A DNA stretch of 64,000 bases from Cyanophora paradoxa CCMP329 (Eukaryota; Plantae; Glaucophyta): NCBI GenBank assembly GCA_004431415.1, contig QPMI01000220.1, positions 124,001-188,000 of the forward strand. Reading direction: 5' to 3'. Below are positions 49,249 to 61,600 of this stretch, piece after piece (the first letter of the stretch is position 1; each line of letters starts with the position of its first letter). The position numbers were made by a program, and so were the translations under genes. The notes under the pieces were generated by a model. The model was given only the letters and a program-made list of their open reading frames with translations, ran no database searches and was not told the origin of the DNA.

Positions 49249-52200
49249 CTAGGAGACGGCGCCCCACTTGGGCCCGGTGCGCTCGGCGGGGGCGAGGGGC
49301 TCGATGGGCCGCTTGTGCACGAGCTCCGGCTTCTTGTCGAGCACCACCTCCGACTTGCGCGTGTACTGCCTGCGCCCCCGCCGCTCGCCAACGGCCCCCG
49401 GGGAGGCGGGCATCGGGTAGGGAGGGGCCGAGCTCACCTGAAGTCGACGTCCGACACGTTGAGCGCCGGGTCGCTCTCCCGGAACTTGACCGTCGTCCCC
49501 TGTACCCCCGAAGAGCCCGCGAGGGGCCCCTGCGCGCCCCGCCGGCGTCAGGGCGCGCGCAGCGCGGGTGCCCGATCGCGGCGCACGTCGTCGGGGGGCG
49601 GCTCCTGCAGGAACGTCGACGTCGGGGGCACGGGCGCCGGCCCGCCCCGGCCCTTGAACGTCAGCGCCTTCTGCGGCGGCTGTGAGCCGTGGGGCGGGCG
49701 GGATAAAGCGCGGGGGGCGCGCCTTCTGCGGCGGGTCCTTCCTCATGTCCTCGGCCCGCTCCAGGGGGTGAACTTTGTCCCGGTTCACTCCTGTCGCGGG
49801 CTCAGGAACGAGGATGAAAAGGGGCAGAAGCGGGGCGGGCGGACCGCGCCAGTGGAAGCTCATGCGGGCCTGGTCGACGACGACCTTGGCGCGCCAGTCG
49901 TCGATCTCCTTCTGCCGCTGCGCCTGCGCCCGCGGAGACGCGTCGGGGGCGGGCAAGCGTTGCCGCGGGTAGCTCGAGGGCGCACGGCCATCTCCTGGAC
50001 GAGGCCGGCGCCGGCGAGGTGGACGCTCTTGAAGAACTCGCCCTCCTTCTCGAAGAGCTGCGGCTTCACCGGCACCGTGTCGAACCCGGGCCTCTCGTCC
50101 TCGCTGCGGGGGGCGTTAGCGGGCGGGGCAAGGCGGGGGCGCAGGGGGGCGGGGCGGGGCGCACGGGGGCCGCGTGTCGCGCCCGCGGTCGCCGAGGGCG
50201 GAGCCGCCGGGCTCGCCGCCCCACGGCTCCCGCAGGTCCGCGACCCGCTGCTCGCTCGGCTTCTTCGGGTGCACGTTCTGCGCCCCGGGCTCGCCCTTTG
50301 GGGGGTACACGAATCCCTCCGGCGTCACGAAGCGCGCCCGCGTCGCCGCGAGCTCCTTCGCCGCGATGTCCGAGTCGTTGACCTGCCGGGCTCCGCACCC
50401 TCAGCGAAGGGCGCCCGCTCGGCGCCTGTACCCCGCGCACGAGGGGTACGGAGAGGGAGAGGTAACGGTCGGAGAAGGTGTAGAACGCGTCCCTGGCCTC
50501 GGGCTTGCCGAGCTCGCGCTGCATGGCCGCCAGCTGCAGCTGGCTGTACTCCAGCTTCTGCCCGCTGTACACGTACACCGGCACGCCCTCGGGCACCGGG
50601 TGCGTGTCCGCGTAGTGCCGCGGCGGGCCCTCCACCGCTTTCTGCGCGGGCCGTGTGAGCCTCCCGGCGAGGCAGGAAGGAAAATGGCCCGGCCGGGATT
50701 CGAACCCTGTTCTCCTCAATGTGGTCGACGTACTGCCTGTGCTTGAGGCCCTCGAGGAACCTGCGGGCGGCGGGGCGGGGCGGGGCGGGGCGGTCAGGCC
50801 AGAGGGTCTCCGAGCGGGCGGCCCCGGCCGCCGCGCGGGCGGACGGGAGGGTACAAGCGCACTCGGGGTTGACGTGCTCGGTGGCGCCCTTGCGGAAGGT
50901 GCGGCGGCGCCCGCCCTGCTCCGCGTCCAGCTCCGCCTGCGACGCCGTGTACTGCGCGGAGCGGGCGCACCGCGTCAGCGAGGAGGGGAGGAGAGGGGTA
51001 CAGGTCCCGGGCGAAGGGGAAGGAGGGATACCAGCGTGGAGGCGTCGACCTCCTTGATCCCCTCGACGTCCTCGGGGACCTGAGGGGGGAGGAAATGAGG
51101 GGTACGTCTCTTAGAAGGGTACGGGGGTACGGAGCGCGCCATGACGTCGCCGAACTTCTTGTCGAGGGCGGCGAGGGCGTCGACGCTGGGGAAGATCTCC
51201 ATGCGCGCCACGTCCCGCATCCGCATCATCTTCCGCAGCTGCGCGCCGCGAGGCGAGGGCCGGTCGGGAGGGGCGGGGCGGGGCGGGCGGGCGCGGGGGC
51301 GGGAGGGGCGGCGCGGGGCGCACGTCCATGAGCTTGTACATGGCGTCGATACACTCCGGGGCGATCTGGGGCGCGCAAGGGGCGCGCCTCGGCGCCCGCC
51401 CGGGGGGGAAGGGGCGCGGGCGGGGCAGACCTTGCCGCGGACGTAGGCGGCCGACTCGGCGAGGATGCCCGACAGCGCCCGCCGCAGCTGCCCCACCCGT
51501 CAGAGAGGGCGGAGGGCGAAGAAGGGCGGGGGCGGAGGGGGCGGGGAGGGAACGGCGCGCGTGCCTTGATGCGCTTGATCTGGAGGTCGAGGGCGGCGTA
51601 GGCGCGGGCCTCGAAGAGGCAGTTCTGGTTGCAGAGGACGCGGAAGTTCTCGTTGTTCGACTCCGTCCTGCCCGCCACGCCGCCTCAGCCTCGGCCGGGC
51701 CCGGGCGGGCGGGCGGGGGACCTCGTCATCTCGTCGATGAGGGCGGCCATGCCACGGGAGGCGAGGCCCTCCACCACGAACTCCCGCACCTCGCTGTCGA
51801 TCACCTGGGGGAGGGGAGGGGATCAAGCGGGGGAGGGGGGGGGGCTGGGGGAGGAGGGCGGGCCTGGAAGCCCGTGAGGATGTCGAGGTCGGGGTCGGCC
51901 CGCTGCTCCTCGCTCAGCCGGTACGTCGCCAGCCGCCGCGCGTTCGCCTGCCGGGGGGAGTGAGCCACGCATTCGCAGGCGCTGCTTCGTAGATCGGGGC
52001 GGGGCGGGCCTGCTCGGAGCCGTCGAGGGCGAGGGCGGCGGCGTTGACGCGGTTGATGCAGCCCATGCACTTGTGCAGCATCGGCGTGTTCTCGTACCTG
52101 CCCGGGGGGCCGCCTCAGGGTCTCATCTAGAGGCGAGGCCTCTAAAGCCCGGGCGCGCGCGCGCACCGGAAGATGATGACGCAGCGGGTGTAGATGCCCT

Positions 52201-54474
52201 TGGCCATGATCCCGCTCGTCATCAGCAGCTTCGGGTTGTGCGTCTTCTCCTTCTCCTTCCCGCCCCCGCCCTCGCCCCCGTGCTCCTTCTCCGCCTCGGC
52301 GCCCTCGCCCGCCGCCGCCGGTGCCGCCTCCTTCTTCTTGGGGGGCTTGAGGGGCCCGTGGAGGCTGGCCCGGAGGCTGACGACGCTGCCGGCCTGCACG
52401 TACTGCCCCCCGTCCTCCCGCGCGCGCTCGTCCGCCGGCGCCGGCTTCGCCAGGTCCCGCGGGGGCAGCCGCGCCGGCAGCACGTTCGCCGTCAGCTGCC
52501 CCCGCCCCTCGTCAGCTCGCTCGGGCGGGGAGCGCGGGTGGGCCGGGGGTACTGCAGCGCACCTTCACGGACGTCTCCCCCCGCACGAGGTCGGCGAGCG
52601 CTGCGGGGGTACGGTGAGCGCGGCGCTCGGGGGCGGGGGGGGAGGGGGGGAGGGGCGCCGGGCCGCACAGAAGGTGGCGAGGCCATAGGGGTCCGGGCCC
52701 GGCTCGCTCTGCTCGGCCGGCCCGCGCGGCTGAAGCGCCGCCGCCGAGGCGAGCGGGTCGGCGGGGGCGGCGGGGAGGCGGCGGGGGCGGCGTGGGCGCC
52801 CCGCCCGCCGCGCCCTTGAGGGTCCCCTTCTTCTCCTCGCGGCCGCCGAGGCCGGCCGCCGGCGAGGGGCCCGCGAGGCGCGCCGCCCCTGGGCCGCCTC
52901 GGGGGCGCCAGGCCGGCGCCGGGGGCGGGGAGGGCGCGGCCTCGGCGGGGGCGGCGCGCGGGGCCGGCCTCTTGCGGACTATGTCGCGGTCGCGCACGGC
53001 GACGGCGAGCGGGGCGCGGAGGGCGGCGGCCACGCGCTCGTGGCCCAGCAGGCCCGTGAGGAAGACCCGCCGGAAGCCGAAGCGCAGCGTCCCGTCGTGC
53101 GCGAGCGGCGCCGAGGCCGCCGGCGCCGCGTCCCCCACAAACTGGAACGACGCCGTCCTGGGGGAGGGGGGGGCAAGGCGTCGGCGCGGGGGTACGTGGT
53201 TTTTCGGGGGGAGGTGGGAGGGGGGCGTACACGGGCTTGTAGGAGGCGCGGAGGTCGTCCCAGGGGCGGGGGCCCGAGGGCATCTGAGCGGCCCGGATCA
53301 CTTCGATCGTGAGCGGGTTGTACCTGCCGCCCGCCCGCCCGTCGCGTCAGACGGCGCGGCGCGCGGGAAGCGCGGAGGGGGGGTACGCGGTCACCGGGTG
53401 CGCATGAGGTCGGTGAGGAGGGGTACGTCGAGGGAGGCCTCGAGGAGGACCTCGGAGAGGGGGAGGGGGAGGGGGTGGACCGGCTGCTGCCGCGTGAGCT
53501 TCAGGGAGGCGCTGGTATCCCCCAGCAGGAACCCGGCGTAGTCGATCCGGCCCCCGGAGACCAGCTCGGGGGGGTACAGCGCCGGGTCGGGGAGGGCGTC
53601 GCCGCCCCCCGGCTTGGCCTTGGCGCCCTCGGCCTTGGGCGCCGCCTTGCCCGCGGGGGGCTTGCCCGCCGCGGCGGCCCCGGGGACGGCCACAGCCGCC
53701 TGCGGGGGCAGCTCCTGCCGCCAGAGCTCGAGCTTGCAGCCCCCGATCGCCTGCAGGGAGAGGAGGAAGGGCTGGCGGGGGGCGTCAGCGCAGCCGGGGC
53801 GCGGCTCGCGGGGTGCGCGCTCGCCTCGTCGGCCATCTTCTCAGCGGTGAAGTCCCGCGTGTAGGGCCCGACCGTGAAGGCCTCGGTCTGCGGGGCGGGC
53901 GGCCCGGCGCGCGTCAGAGGAGCCGCGGCCGCGGCGCCCGCGCGCGGTGCCGGCGGGCACCTTGACTGGCTCCTCGTCGAACATCTGAAAGGTGAAGTAG
54001 TAGACGTGCGTGGGGGGCGGCAGCGCCGCCGCAGCCGCCGCCGCCGCAGCCGCTGCGGCTGCCGCGGACGCCGCCGGCCCGCCCGCGGCTGGCGGCGCTG
54101 TCTGCGGGTGCACGCCGCCCGCCGCGTCCGCTGTGTGAGGCGCTGCGCGCACGGAAGGCATCAGCAGGACAGGACGGCCGGCCTTTGCGCTAAGGGCGGA
54201 GTTGCTAGCTATCCGCTTTCGCGGGGAGCAGGACCGGCGCACGAGGCTCGACAGTTGTGGCGGTTAGCTTGAAGGTCCATGTGAGCTTGTGTGGCACGAT
54301 GATCTCCTCGCCGTCGGGCCCGAGGACGCTGCAAGCGAGGTCAGCCAGGCTGCAGCGGGCAGCGGTTCTGCAGCACGTTTAGCTACGGGCAATAGCGGCG
54401 CACGGTCCAGGAGGCGGCTCCGGCTCCTTTGCACCCGCTGCCGATTTAAGCTCTCCTGCCTTCTTGGGCGGCAT
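49249..54474 (-). CDS. CFAP92: Cilia- and flagella-associated protein 92-like (FAP92/KIAA1257-FLJ43738 family)
   Basis: MPPKK start. Motifs HVYYFTFQMF, PYGLATF..LADLVRGE, GQYVQAGS, DPDLDILTGFQVID..REFVVEGLA..GM, LF..RAYAALD and FPSVDALAALDKKFG match my recollection of this family. More than 20 short introns; stop at 49249. Confidence 0.75.
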
Positions 54475-54666
54475 CGCGCCCGGGCAGTGCGGGAGAGCTC
54501 CTTGGTGCTAAACGAGTGTTTACAGCTGCTGCGAGGGCTAAACTACGGTCGCGGCAGAAAGGGGCTGCTAAGTGGGGGTACGTGTAGTTTGAGGCGACAG
54601 TCAACTTCGGCGCAGCGAGGAGCGCGTTGCATGCCTCCAAATCGAGCCAGAGAAGAACATTTAGAG
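54475..54666. promoter_or_regulatory. Putative bidirectional promoter between CFAP92-like and GPAT9
   Basis: Only 192 bp separate the two inferred divergent ATGs (54474 minus, 54667 plus). Confidence 0.5.
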
Positions 54667-57463
54667 ATGGCCAGCGCGCCCGATCCTCACGATTCGGCGA
54701 AGCCGGACCCCCCTCCTCATCCTCCCGATCCGCCGTCGGCGAAGCCCGCCGCACTCTCCACGCCCGTCCACCATCCACACACAACTCACCAGCACACTCC
54801 GCGACAGCGGTCCTTCGTCCTTAGCGGTACGTCCCGAATCGAAGCATACGAATCGCCCCGGCCCGGGTGGTCCCGCTCGCATTAGTCTTCAGCCGTCATT
54901 ATGTGGAGACGCTGACGTACGCCCCGACCCGGCCCCGCAGACTCGAAGGTGCAGCTTGTCAAGGCCGCGAAGGACTCGGAGAGCTCGCCAGACATTGTCG
55001 GTCAGTCGCTCGTGCATTGTGCCGCACGTCGCACCGACGTCGGCATACGATGCAGGCCTGGACAAGGAGTCGGCGAAGCACCACTTCGAGAAGTTGGAGA
55101 CGAAGCTGCTGGAGAAGCTCGATGAGGACCAGGCGCAGGTGGTCTACTCGAAGCCGAGGCCCGTGTTCCAGTTCTCAGACGCGATGCCCACTGTCAAGGT
55201 CGGCGCGCCCCGCCCCGCGCAGCGTTCAGGCGGCCGCGCCTTCTGACGCCGCGCGCGTCATCTGATGCGCCCTTCCGCGCAGAGCGCCATTGCGAACATG
55301 ATCGAGGTTCGCGAGGCCCAGTTCGGGCGGCCGTTGCCGCGCGCCGACCTCCGGCGCGCGTCCGCGCTCATACCGGCGATTTGATCCGCCGGCGCCGCTT
55401 CGCAGGACGACTTCACCAAGTGCTTCCAGTCCAGGCAGCCCGAACGATGGAACTGGAACTTCTGTGCGTGCTTCCCGCGCGGCGCCGCTTCGCCGCGGCG
55501 CCGCTTCGCCCCGCCCCGCCCCGCCTCGCCCCGCCGGCCGCTCACGCGCCGGCCGCGCCGGCAGACCTCTTCCCCATCTGGGCCGTCGGCGTAGTCGTCC
55601 GCTACGGCATCCTCTTCCCCCTCCGGTGCGCGGGCGGCACGCGTACCCCCCCGCGCGGCTGAGGCCGTACCCCGCAGCCTCCTCGCGCTCGTCACGGGCT
55701 TCCTCTCCTTCGTCATCGCCTTCACCGCCGTCCGCAACACCGTCCGCGACGTCAAGCGCCGCCAGCAATACGAGGCCCGCCCGCCCGCCCGCCCGCTTGC
55801 TCGATCCGACCTCGCCGGAGCCTGACGCCGCTTCGCCCGCAGCGGTCCCTGATCTCCTTCTGCTGCGGCGTCTTCGTCATGTCGTGGAGCGGTGTCATTA
55901 AGTACCACGGCACGCGCCCGCCCCGCCGCGCCAACCAGGTGCCCCCTCCCCCTCCCCCGCCCCCGCCGGGCTCCCGCCCCCGCCCCCGCGCCGCGCCTGA
56001 GCGGGCCCCACGCCACGCCCCAGGTCTTCGTGGCGAACCACACGTCCATGATCGATTTCATCATCCTCCAGCAGATGGCCTCCTAGCGCGCCCCGCGGCC
56101 CCCGCCCCGCCCCGCGCCCCTGACGCCCGCCCCCCGCAGCGCCACGGTCGGGCAGCACCACCCCGGGTGCGCCCCGCGCCGTGCCCGCCCCTCTCCCCTG
56201 CACCGCGCTGACGCAGGCGCGGGCAGATGGGTGGGGTGGTGCCAGGACAACCTGCTCGCCTGCCTCGGCTGCATCTGGTTCGACCGCAAGGCCGTCCGCC
56301 CCACCCCGCCCCGCCCCGCCCGCCCGCTCCCGGCCTGCATCCCAGCCGACCCGCCCGCCCGCCCGCCGCAGGCCGAGGACCGGGCCACCGTCTCCCGCCT
56401 GTGCGCCCCGCCCCGCCCCGCCCCGCCCCGCCGGCGGCCCGGCCCCCTGAGAGCCCCCCGCAGGCTGAAGGAGCACATCGCCAAGGCCGACAACAACCCC
56501 CTCCTCATCTTCCCCGAGGGCCCGCCCGCCCCCGCCCCGGCGTGTACATTTACCTTGGGCGCCTGACGTCGGCGGGGGCGGGGGCGCAGGCACGTGCGTG
56601 AACAACGAGTACTGCTGCATGTTCAAGCGCGGCTCCTTCGAGCTCGGCGCCACCGTGTACCCCGTCGGTGCGTCCCGCGTCGCGTACCCCCGCCGCCATC
56701 GCGTACCCCCGCTGACTCGGCGCCCTCCCCCTGCAGCCATCAAGTACAAGTGAGCCGGCGCCGCCCCCTCCCCCCCGCCCCCGTCTGACCCTCGCGCAGT
56801 AAAATTTTCGTGGACGCGTTCTGGAACAGGTACCCCCCCCGTTCGCGCTCAGGGCCGGGCGGTTCGCCGATCGCGGGCGCCGCAGCCGGCAGCAGTCGTT
56901 CGCGCAGCACCTGTTCCACCTTATGACCTCCTGGTGTGTCGTCTGCGACGTGTGCGTGGCCGCGTACCCCCCGAAGCCGCGCGGGGCCCTCCCACGCCTC
57001 CCCGCCCCCCACCGGGCCGCGCGGCGGCAGGTGGTACCTCGAGCCGCAGACGATTCGGCCCAACGAGGACGCCATCGCCTTCGCCAACCGCGTCAAGGTA
57101 CCCCGCCCACACTTCACCCCCCCCCCCCGGCTTCGTTCTCAGCGGGCGGCGCAGACGATCATCGCGTCCAAGGCGGGGCTCGTCGAGGTGCCCTGGGACG
57201 GGTACCTCAAGTACTTCCAGCCCTCCAAGAAGTTCACCGAGGCCAAGCAGGTACCCCCCGAGACCTCTTCCCCCCCATCCCCGACCTGTTCTAATAGCGT
57301 ACCCCCGCAGCGGAAGTTCGCGGAGGCGCTGCTGGGGCGGTACGCGGCGGACCCATCGGTGCCCTTCGTGGCCCCCCCGGGCGAGGACGGCGAGGCGAGG
57401 GCGGCCGGGCAGGGGCCCGGGGCGGCCGGCCTCACCCGCCGCCACGTCTCCGAGTCCGAGTGA
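54667..57463 (+). CDS. GPAT9: ER glycerol-3-phosphate acyltransferase (GPAT9 / GPAT3-4 family)
   Basis: Splices to DDFTKCF..WNWNFYLFPIW..VRYGILFPLR..SWSGVIKYHG..VFVANHTSMIDF..CIWFDR..NPLLIFPEGTCVNNEY..MFKRGSFEL..AIKYNKIFVDAFWNS..LMTSW..VWYLEPQ..VPWDGYLKY. All four acyltransferase motifs are present. Confidence 0.95.
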
Positions 57464-57875
57464 GCGGGCGGCCTGTAGGCGGCCTGCGTGCGGGCCCGGC
57501 GGCGCCCCGCCTAGTTTCCATGCATGGGAGGCTTCTATATTCCCTCTTTCAACAGTGGTCTTCAGGGTTCCTTCGAAATCTTCTTCTAGAGGCTTGCAAA
57601 TGTACATATTTAGTGCTCGCTGTGGGTCTGCCTGGGTTATTGAGGTTGTGCATCGCGGCTACAGTCAATTCCTAGTGTGCTCCGGTATGAGGCCCTGATG
57701 CCCCTCTCTTTAATTATTGGGGATCTGCAGCTGGGACCCGGGTCCGGCCGTCAACCCGGTAACCCAACTTGGCAACTCATGATCAGTGTGTGACTTGAAG
57801 GGCCAAGCCGCTGAGCCTTGAAGCTCATGATCATCATGGCATCATGCATGAAGGCATTCGAGGTATACATATGTA

Positions 57876-58093
57876 CGTCCGCATGCATATGCGTGAACGA
57901 TGCCCCCTCGCAAATAACTTAGTAAGCCCCGCGCTCATCGTGGCATGCAAAGCCGTGTCTGCAAGACGATCATGGATTTAATAGAGGAATAAATGCCGAC
58001 CTAATTTGAAGGACAGTATTGTCATGTGCACGTCTTGAAAATGAGCACGGCGGGATCACCGTAAAATCGTTGAAGCCTGTTCGCATGCGGACG
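57876..58093. mobile_element. Possible TA-flanked MITE (~218 bp)
   Basis: TA|CGTCCGCATGC ... GCATGCGGACG|TA with 11-bp TIRs and an AT-rich interior. Confidence 0.5.
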
Positions 58094-58621
58094 TAACGAT
58101 GAAAACTATCAGCTGCAGCTATAGCTATAGCCAGCCGACACAACCGATCGCGACTCGCGAGTCCTCGCTAATTATAAACTGTACCGAACTACGAATTCGA
58201 ACGTTAACACGCGTAGATATAAAATATGTGGATCTATGATAATCCCCCATGGCCATGGTCAAGGCCGAAAATCTTAAGCTTGAAATTCGAAGGTTTTTGG
58301 CGGACATACAGATGAACGCTATCAGCTAGCTATAGCCATTTACAACTGATCGCGAATGCACGAAGACTGAATACCGTAGTACATAATTTTGTATATATAT
58401 AAGGATCGTTAAGCTGTAGGTTAGCGTAGCTGTGTACACTCTAGATCTGAACACAATGCACATTGAATGAAACGAAATGCAGCCCAAGGAACGGTAAGAC
58501 AGCCCCCGCCTGCGCCTACAGCTGTTGCTGCCCAGCGAAATATCTACACGCACGCCGCTCGCGGGGCGGGGCGGGCCCAGAAACGAGGCGCGAGATCGAG
58601 CGCCGCGGGCGACCCCGCCGC

Positions 58622-61600
58622 CTACTCGTCCTCGTCCTCCTTGCCGATGCCGACGAAGTAGTGGTGCAGGTGCACGCACTGCGCGCGCGCGCGCAGCGGC
58701 CGCGTCAGAGCGTCGCATGCGGGGCGGGCGGGCGGGCACAGGGCGCGGGCCTTTAGAACGACGTCCTTGGGGACCATCTTGAGGATCTGGCCGGCGCGCC
58801 CCGTCTCCTCCCCGAGGCGGGCGAGCATGGGGGCGAAGAGGTAGATGTAGAGGGCGGCGAGGAAGAGGATGACGAAGGTGAGGATGAGCGCCTCCATCAT
58901 CTCGATGACGCCCATGGAGGTGAGGGACTCGGCGACGAAGGCGGCGGCCGCCTGGTTCAGCCCGTCGTCCAGGTCCCCGTCGTCGATCTCCATCAGCAGC
59001 TCCAGCTTCGTCGACGTCAGCTCGTAGTTCTTGTGCTGCGCGCCGGCGGCGTCAGCGCCGGCGGCGGCGGCGGCGGCGGCGGCCGGAGGGGCGGGGCGGT
59101 GCGGGGCGCGCCCTGACGACGCTGGGGTCCTCCTTGCCGGTGAGGAGGAGGTCGGGGGCTGTCTCCTGCAGGATCTCCGTGATGAGGTCCACCACGCCGA
59201 TCACCAGCGCGTCCAGCCCGTTCACCACCAGCTGCATGTCCGTCACCCGCCCCTCCGTGCACTTCGCCTCCTGCGGCGCGGCGAGGGGCGCGGGGTCAGG
59301 CGGGGCGGGGCCGGAGGGGCGGCTGCGGCGGGGGGCCCGGGCCCGGGCGCGGGCGCGGGGCGGACGTTGATGCGGAGGCAGGTGGACATGTACATGACCT
59401 CGTCGAGCTGCTTGTTGCGGCCGTTGGCGCCGAGGACGTGGAGGTCCGTGTCGCCGAACTTGAGCGCCTGGTGGATCTCCTTGAAGAGCGCCGCCTTCTT
59501 CACCAGCCGCCCGTAGATGTCGTCCCGCTCCAGGAAGATCCCGTCTGAGAGCAGGCGTCGGCCGGGGCCCCGGGGGCCGCAGCGACCGCACGCCGGCGCG
59601 CACCGTTGATGTAGAGCTCGCGGGCGTAGAAGGCGACCTCGCGCGCAATCGAGCGCCGCTGCGCCCCGCCACGCCCGTCAGAGGGCGCTGGCGAGGGGGG
59701 CGGGCTGCCCGGCGGGCCGCGGCGCACGCGGCCGGCGAGGTTGATCTCGTACGAGTAGTTCTTGCCGGCGTCGAGGATGACGAAGCAGACCACGAAGTTG
59801 ATGATGAAGATGCCGGCCTGCGCGCGCGAGCGATCGCGATCGCGGCGAGGGTCGGCGATCGGCGCGGGGCGCGGGGGCGCGGGGGCGGGGCGCGGCGCGC
59901 AGGCCGCGCACGATCACGAAGAAGGAGGCCGTGTACTTGTACGTGAGCCTGCGGGGGGAACCCCGGCGTGAGTCCCGGCGGCCGCGGGCCCCGCGGGGTC
60001 GGCGCGGGCGGGCCGGGCCGGCCGGGGCGGGCGGGCGGGGCGCACTTGGTGAGGATGTCGGCGCCCTGCTTCTCGCCCTCGTCGCCCTTCTGCTTCTTCT
60101 TCTCCTCCTTCTTCTTCTTGCGCTCCTTCTCCTTCTCCTTCTGCTTCTCGTCGTCCGAGTCCTTGCCCTTCTTCTCCTTCTTCTTGCCCTCGTCCCCGCT
60201 GCTCTCCGCCCCCTCCTTGGTCTTCTTGTGCTCGTGCACCTTGTGCGCGTGCGCCTTCGAGTCCTCCTCCTGGGCCACCCCCTCGGCGACCTTGCGGAGG
60301 ATGCCGCCGCCGGCGCCGCCGGTGCTGTTGATGCGCCCCAGCTTGGGCTTCTGCGTGAGCTGGATGCTCGCCGTGCGGCTGCGGCGCTTGGCGGCGGCGG
60401 CGCGCTCGTCGTCTGAGCCGCTGGAGGCGCTGTTGCGGGCGACGCTCGAGTTGAAGGAGCCGGACTTGAGCTTGCCGCCGAGGGCGAGCTCCAGGCCCTC
60501 CTTGCCGCCCTTGCCGCCCTTCTCGGCGCTCGCGCCGCGCAGCACGTGCACGGCCGCCCCGCTCGCGTCCTCCTGCAGCTCCGGCACCGCCAGCACCTCC
60601 GCCTCCAGCGAGCCGGCGTCGCTGCGGCCGCCGGCGCGCCCGCTCGAGGCCCCCTCGCCGCCCTCCTCGGGCGCCGCCAGGCCCTCCAGGATGTCCCGCA
60701 GCGGCGCCGACGTCACCTCGAGGTCGCCGACCACTGCGGGGGCCCGCGCCGGCCCCGCCGCCACCGATCCCGCCATCAGCCGCTGCCGGTCGCTCCCGCG
60801 CGACGGCGGCGCCGACGCCCGCCGGCTCCCCGCGCTGCCGCCCCGGCTGCCGGCCGCCCGCGCCGACGCATCCTCCGCCGCCGCCGCCGCGGCCGGCGCG
60901 ACGGGCGCCTCGAGGGCGGCGAGGTCCTGCGCCCGCAGCTTCGACTCGGTGCGGTGCGGCTTGCGCTCCTCGCCGCCGCTCGCCGCCGCCTCGTCGGCCT
61001 CGGCGAGCGTCTGCGTCGCGTTGCCGTCCGTCTCCGAGGCCTCGCCGGCGCCCTTCTTGGCTTCGGCCTCGTACTTCTTGCCCTTCTTCGAGGCCTTGTC
61101 CCTCTTCTCCTTCTTGCCCTTCTTGCGCCGCTCCTTCTTCTCCTCCTTGTCGCCCTCCGAGTCGGAGGCGTCGTCCTTGGAGGGGCGGCGGCGCTCCTTC
61201 TTGGCGCGGCGGGCCGACTTGGGGCGGCCCTCGTCGTCCGACGCGCCGCTGCGCCCGCTCTTCGAGCTGCGCGAGCTGTCCGACGAGTTGCCGCCCTTGC
61301 CGCCCTCCTCCCCCTCCTCCTCCGAGTCCCCCTCCCGGTCCCGCTTCTGCGCCTTGCTGTAGTACTTCGCCACCTGCTTCAGCACTGCGCGGCGCCGCCG
61401 TCAGGGCCGGGGCCGGGGGCGCGAGGCCTCGTGCCGGGGCGGGGCGGGGCGCACGGGGCCGGGGGATGCCCTCGAGGATGTCGGAGACGCCGCGCATCGT
61501 CACCCGCACCTTCTTGAACGAGGGCCTGCCCGCCGCCCGCCGCGAGCTCAGCGAGGCGCCACCGGCGGGGCGCGGCGGGGGGGCGGGGCCGGCGGGGGCC

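Noticed and set aside
56084-56086. In-frame TAG in GPAT9 suggesting pseudogene or stop-codon reassignment
   Set aside because: Resolved by a GC-donor intron (TA|GC..CAG|C gives TAC, Tyr). TAG is used as a normal stop elsewhere in the window.
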